Source: Anolis carolinensis
Taxonomy: Eukaryota
Direction of reading: 5' to 3'
Assembly: GCF_035594765.1 (NCBI RefSeq)
Contig: NC_085845.1
Location: 65,962,024 to 66,026,023, forward strand
Length of the DNA: 64,000 nucleotides
Shown: piece after piece, positions 61,951 through 64,000 of the stretch
How positions within the stretch are numbered: the stretch's first letter is position 1
How the letters are laid out: each line of letters starts with the position of its first letter
Notes under the pieces: generated by a model
Databases searched by the model: none
What the model was told of the DNA's origin: nothing
The model's input: only the letters and a program-made list of their open reading frames with translations
Translations under genes and position numbers: made by a program

Positions 61951-62532
61951 GTTAAGTAATGAAGTAACCTTTCCTAGTCCAACTATTCCCTGGCCTAGTG
62001 GAAACTTCATTTACAATGGCTCTCCTTCACCCATGCAGCTGTTGCCTAGTAAAGTAGGTTGTGGTGAGAGTTGTGGTCATGGCAATAGCAGCAATTGTGA
62101 AGACAGAACAAATATAAATGGGTAAATATAGGTATTTGTTTTGTATTTATGATTACTGCTTGGTCATGATTATTACACTGTTGTCATGATCATAGCTCCT
62201 GCCCTATGGCAAACCTAATTGATTAGGAATGAGCTCTGAGATCCATTCTGCCTCTGACTGAAGGGCAGATGAATGTCTTTTCCATCAGATCTGGAAAGGA
62301 CGAGGTTTCAGATCAGGAGAGGTTAGTTAGCTAACTACAGTCTAACTACTCCATATCCACAGGTTCTGCATCTATAGAAGCTGGACATTCTTTTAATCAA
62401 AAGATTAATCTTGATTTTGCCCGTGACAGCATTTTCCTATGTCATTGCATCTAATTGGATTTGAGCATCCATGTATTTTCTTATCCATTGAGTTTGGTAA
62501 CCAAACTCCAGCAGATAAAAAGAATCCCAATA

Positions 62533-63586
62533 CAGTGAAACCTTGACTTCAGTGGTTCCCAATCTGTGGGCTGCGGCCCACTGGTGCACTTCGAGACCTA
62601 AAATAAGGTACGCAAGACATGCAGGGAAAATCAGCTCTAGATTATTAAATATGGTTTCTGTGAGTGAGCAGATGGCGACTACTGGATGGCATATGTTCTG
62701 TATCAGAAACTAGGGCTGATGTGGTCTATCCAATGCAATTTTGTGAATCAACATCCTTAATAACCAAACCGAATCTAAAGTTGACTAAAAACTGATTTGT
62801 AACCTTTTTGGCACTAATGTTTGAGAGTGGTGCCTTGTCAAAGTGGTCCCCGGTCAGGTAGTCCCCAGTCAAAGTGGTCCCTGGTCAAAAAAAGGTTGGG
62901 AACCACTGATTTAATTTGTTTGATGACCAAGTTCTTAACTAAAAAAACCTCTTATCTCAAAGCAATTTTTCAATTGAAATGAATTAAAATCCCATCTCCC
63001 AACCGCCCATTCATTTTTGTTACATGTTTTTAAATAGGAAAATGTACTTTATAAATAACAAATAATGTGTAAATGCACATTTACATGGAACAACAAAAAA
63101 GAAAGGTCAACTTCAAAATGGTAGAAGCCTAAAGTTGTGGCAAGCAAGCACAAAGTAAAGAGGCAGAAGCATCATTTTCTTCATATTGTCCTCATCCCAG
63201 CCTCCCTCCCTGTCTTGCTGTCCCTTCCTCTCTCTCTTCATGAAGCCAAACATACCAGGAATCAAAACCATACAAAATCAATTAACCCAAGCTCCTCAAA
63301 CTGGACAAGAGCAATGCAGACGGCAATCTCCCAAAGCGGACGAGAGAACAATGCAAAGAGGCTGCCCCCTGAAGCCCTAAAAACCTGTACTCTCACGCAA
63401 GCACTCCCTCTGGTGCTAACTCATAACACAAAACACTGCTGTTATGTCAAAGCGAAACCCAGGCTGAGCAACAGCTCTTAACTCAAAACACCCTTAAGTT
63501 GGGATACTCTTAAGTAGAAGTTGAGTCCCCCATTTGGGGTGAGAAAAGTGGTATACAGGTGAAGTATAAATAAATAAGTTTCACTG
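62533..63586. mobile_element. Tc1/mariner (Tigger-like) non-autonomous element containing a hAT MITE (62550-62908) and an L2-type tail (about 63522-63577)
   Basis: TA|CAGTGAAAC...GTTTCACTG|TA; inner TIRs CAGTGGTTCCCAA / TTGGGAACCACTG with 17-bp tandem repeats. Confidence 0.7.
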
Positions 63587-64000
63587 TATACTTAATGAAG
63601 TAGCTGATAAATAATTCCACTCAATAGTTATGAAATAAATGTAACTATGACTTTTAATTGAATAGCTTTATATTATATTAATATTAATATTTCTACTACT
63701 GCTCAAGAATTAGCTGACTCACTGTGTCTTATTTTTGAAAACAGTGCAGTGTCCTGAATCTTCAAAAGCTTTCAGGTGTCATTCTCTGCAGTTGCAGTAT
63801 TTTTTTTCCGTGAAGCAAAACTACGCCTGCCGTAAAAAATACTGCTTCCATTAAAATGTAAAAGTCAATAGCCACTTTAAGGCTTTTAGTATAGTAATGT
63901 AAACAGTTACGACAGGCACTAAGATAGCAGTACCTTTATTAACACAACGGGAAGGCATTTAATAAAACTAATGAACATCACAGGCAGTAGATAAATGGAA

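Noticed and set aside
62835-62890. CRISPR-like repeat array
   Set aside because: These are spacer-less 17-bp subterminal repeats of a hAT MITE in vertebrate DNA.

Overview
Eukaryotic genomic DNA from a squamate, almost certainly an Anolis lizard (inferred from Sauria SINEs, Vingi, R4/Dong, CR1, L2, Rex1, Penelope and hAT/Tc1 MITE content). The window covers the middle and 3' part of a + strand WWC2 gene (KIBRA/WWC family Hippo-pathway scaffold). It holds 12 GT-AG exons at 18735-60440 that join in frame (2182 nt; roughly human exons 10-21, numbering recalled, not checked). The start and stop codons lie outside the window. The introns are crowded with transposons. Main points: (1) A very young, intact Penelope-like retroelement (836-aa RT + GIY-YIG ORF, 14-bp TSD) with a 1119-bp inverted partial copy and three minimal hammerhead ribozymes. 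Its only usable in-frame ATG sits inside the ribozyme, upstream of the cleavage site, and its termini are circularly permuted, which fits a circular-RNA template. (2) An HDV-like ribozyme fold with an unusual L3 hairpin insertion, at the 5' end of a Vingi LINE and inside two Vingi-derived SINEs, where the cleavage-site G is replaced. (3) A 114-bp collapsed Penelope hairpin with the same termini as the large element. (4) Inverted repeat pairs flanking WWC2 exons (circRNA candidates). (5) Several multi-level nested insertions. All calls were made by eye; no searches were run.
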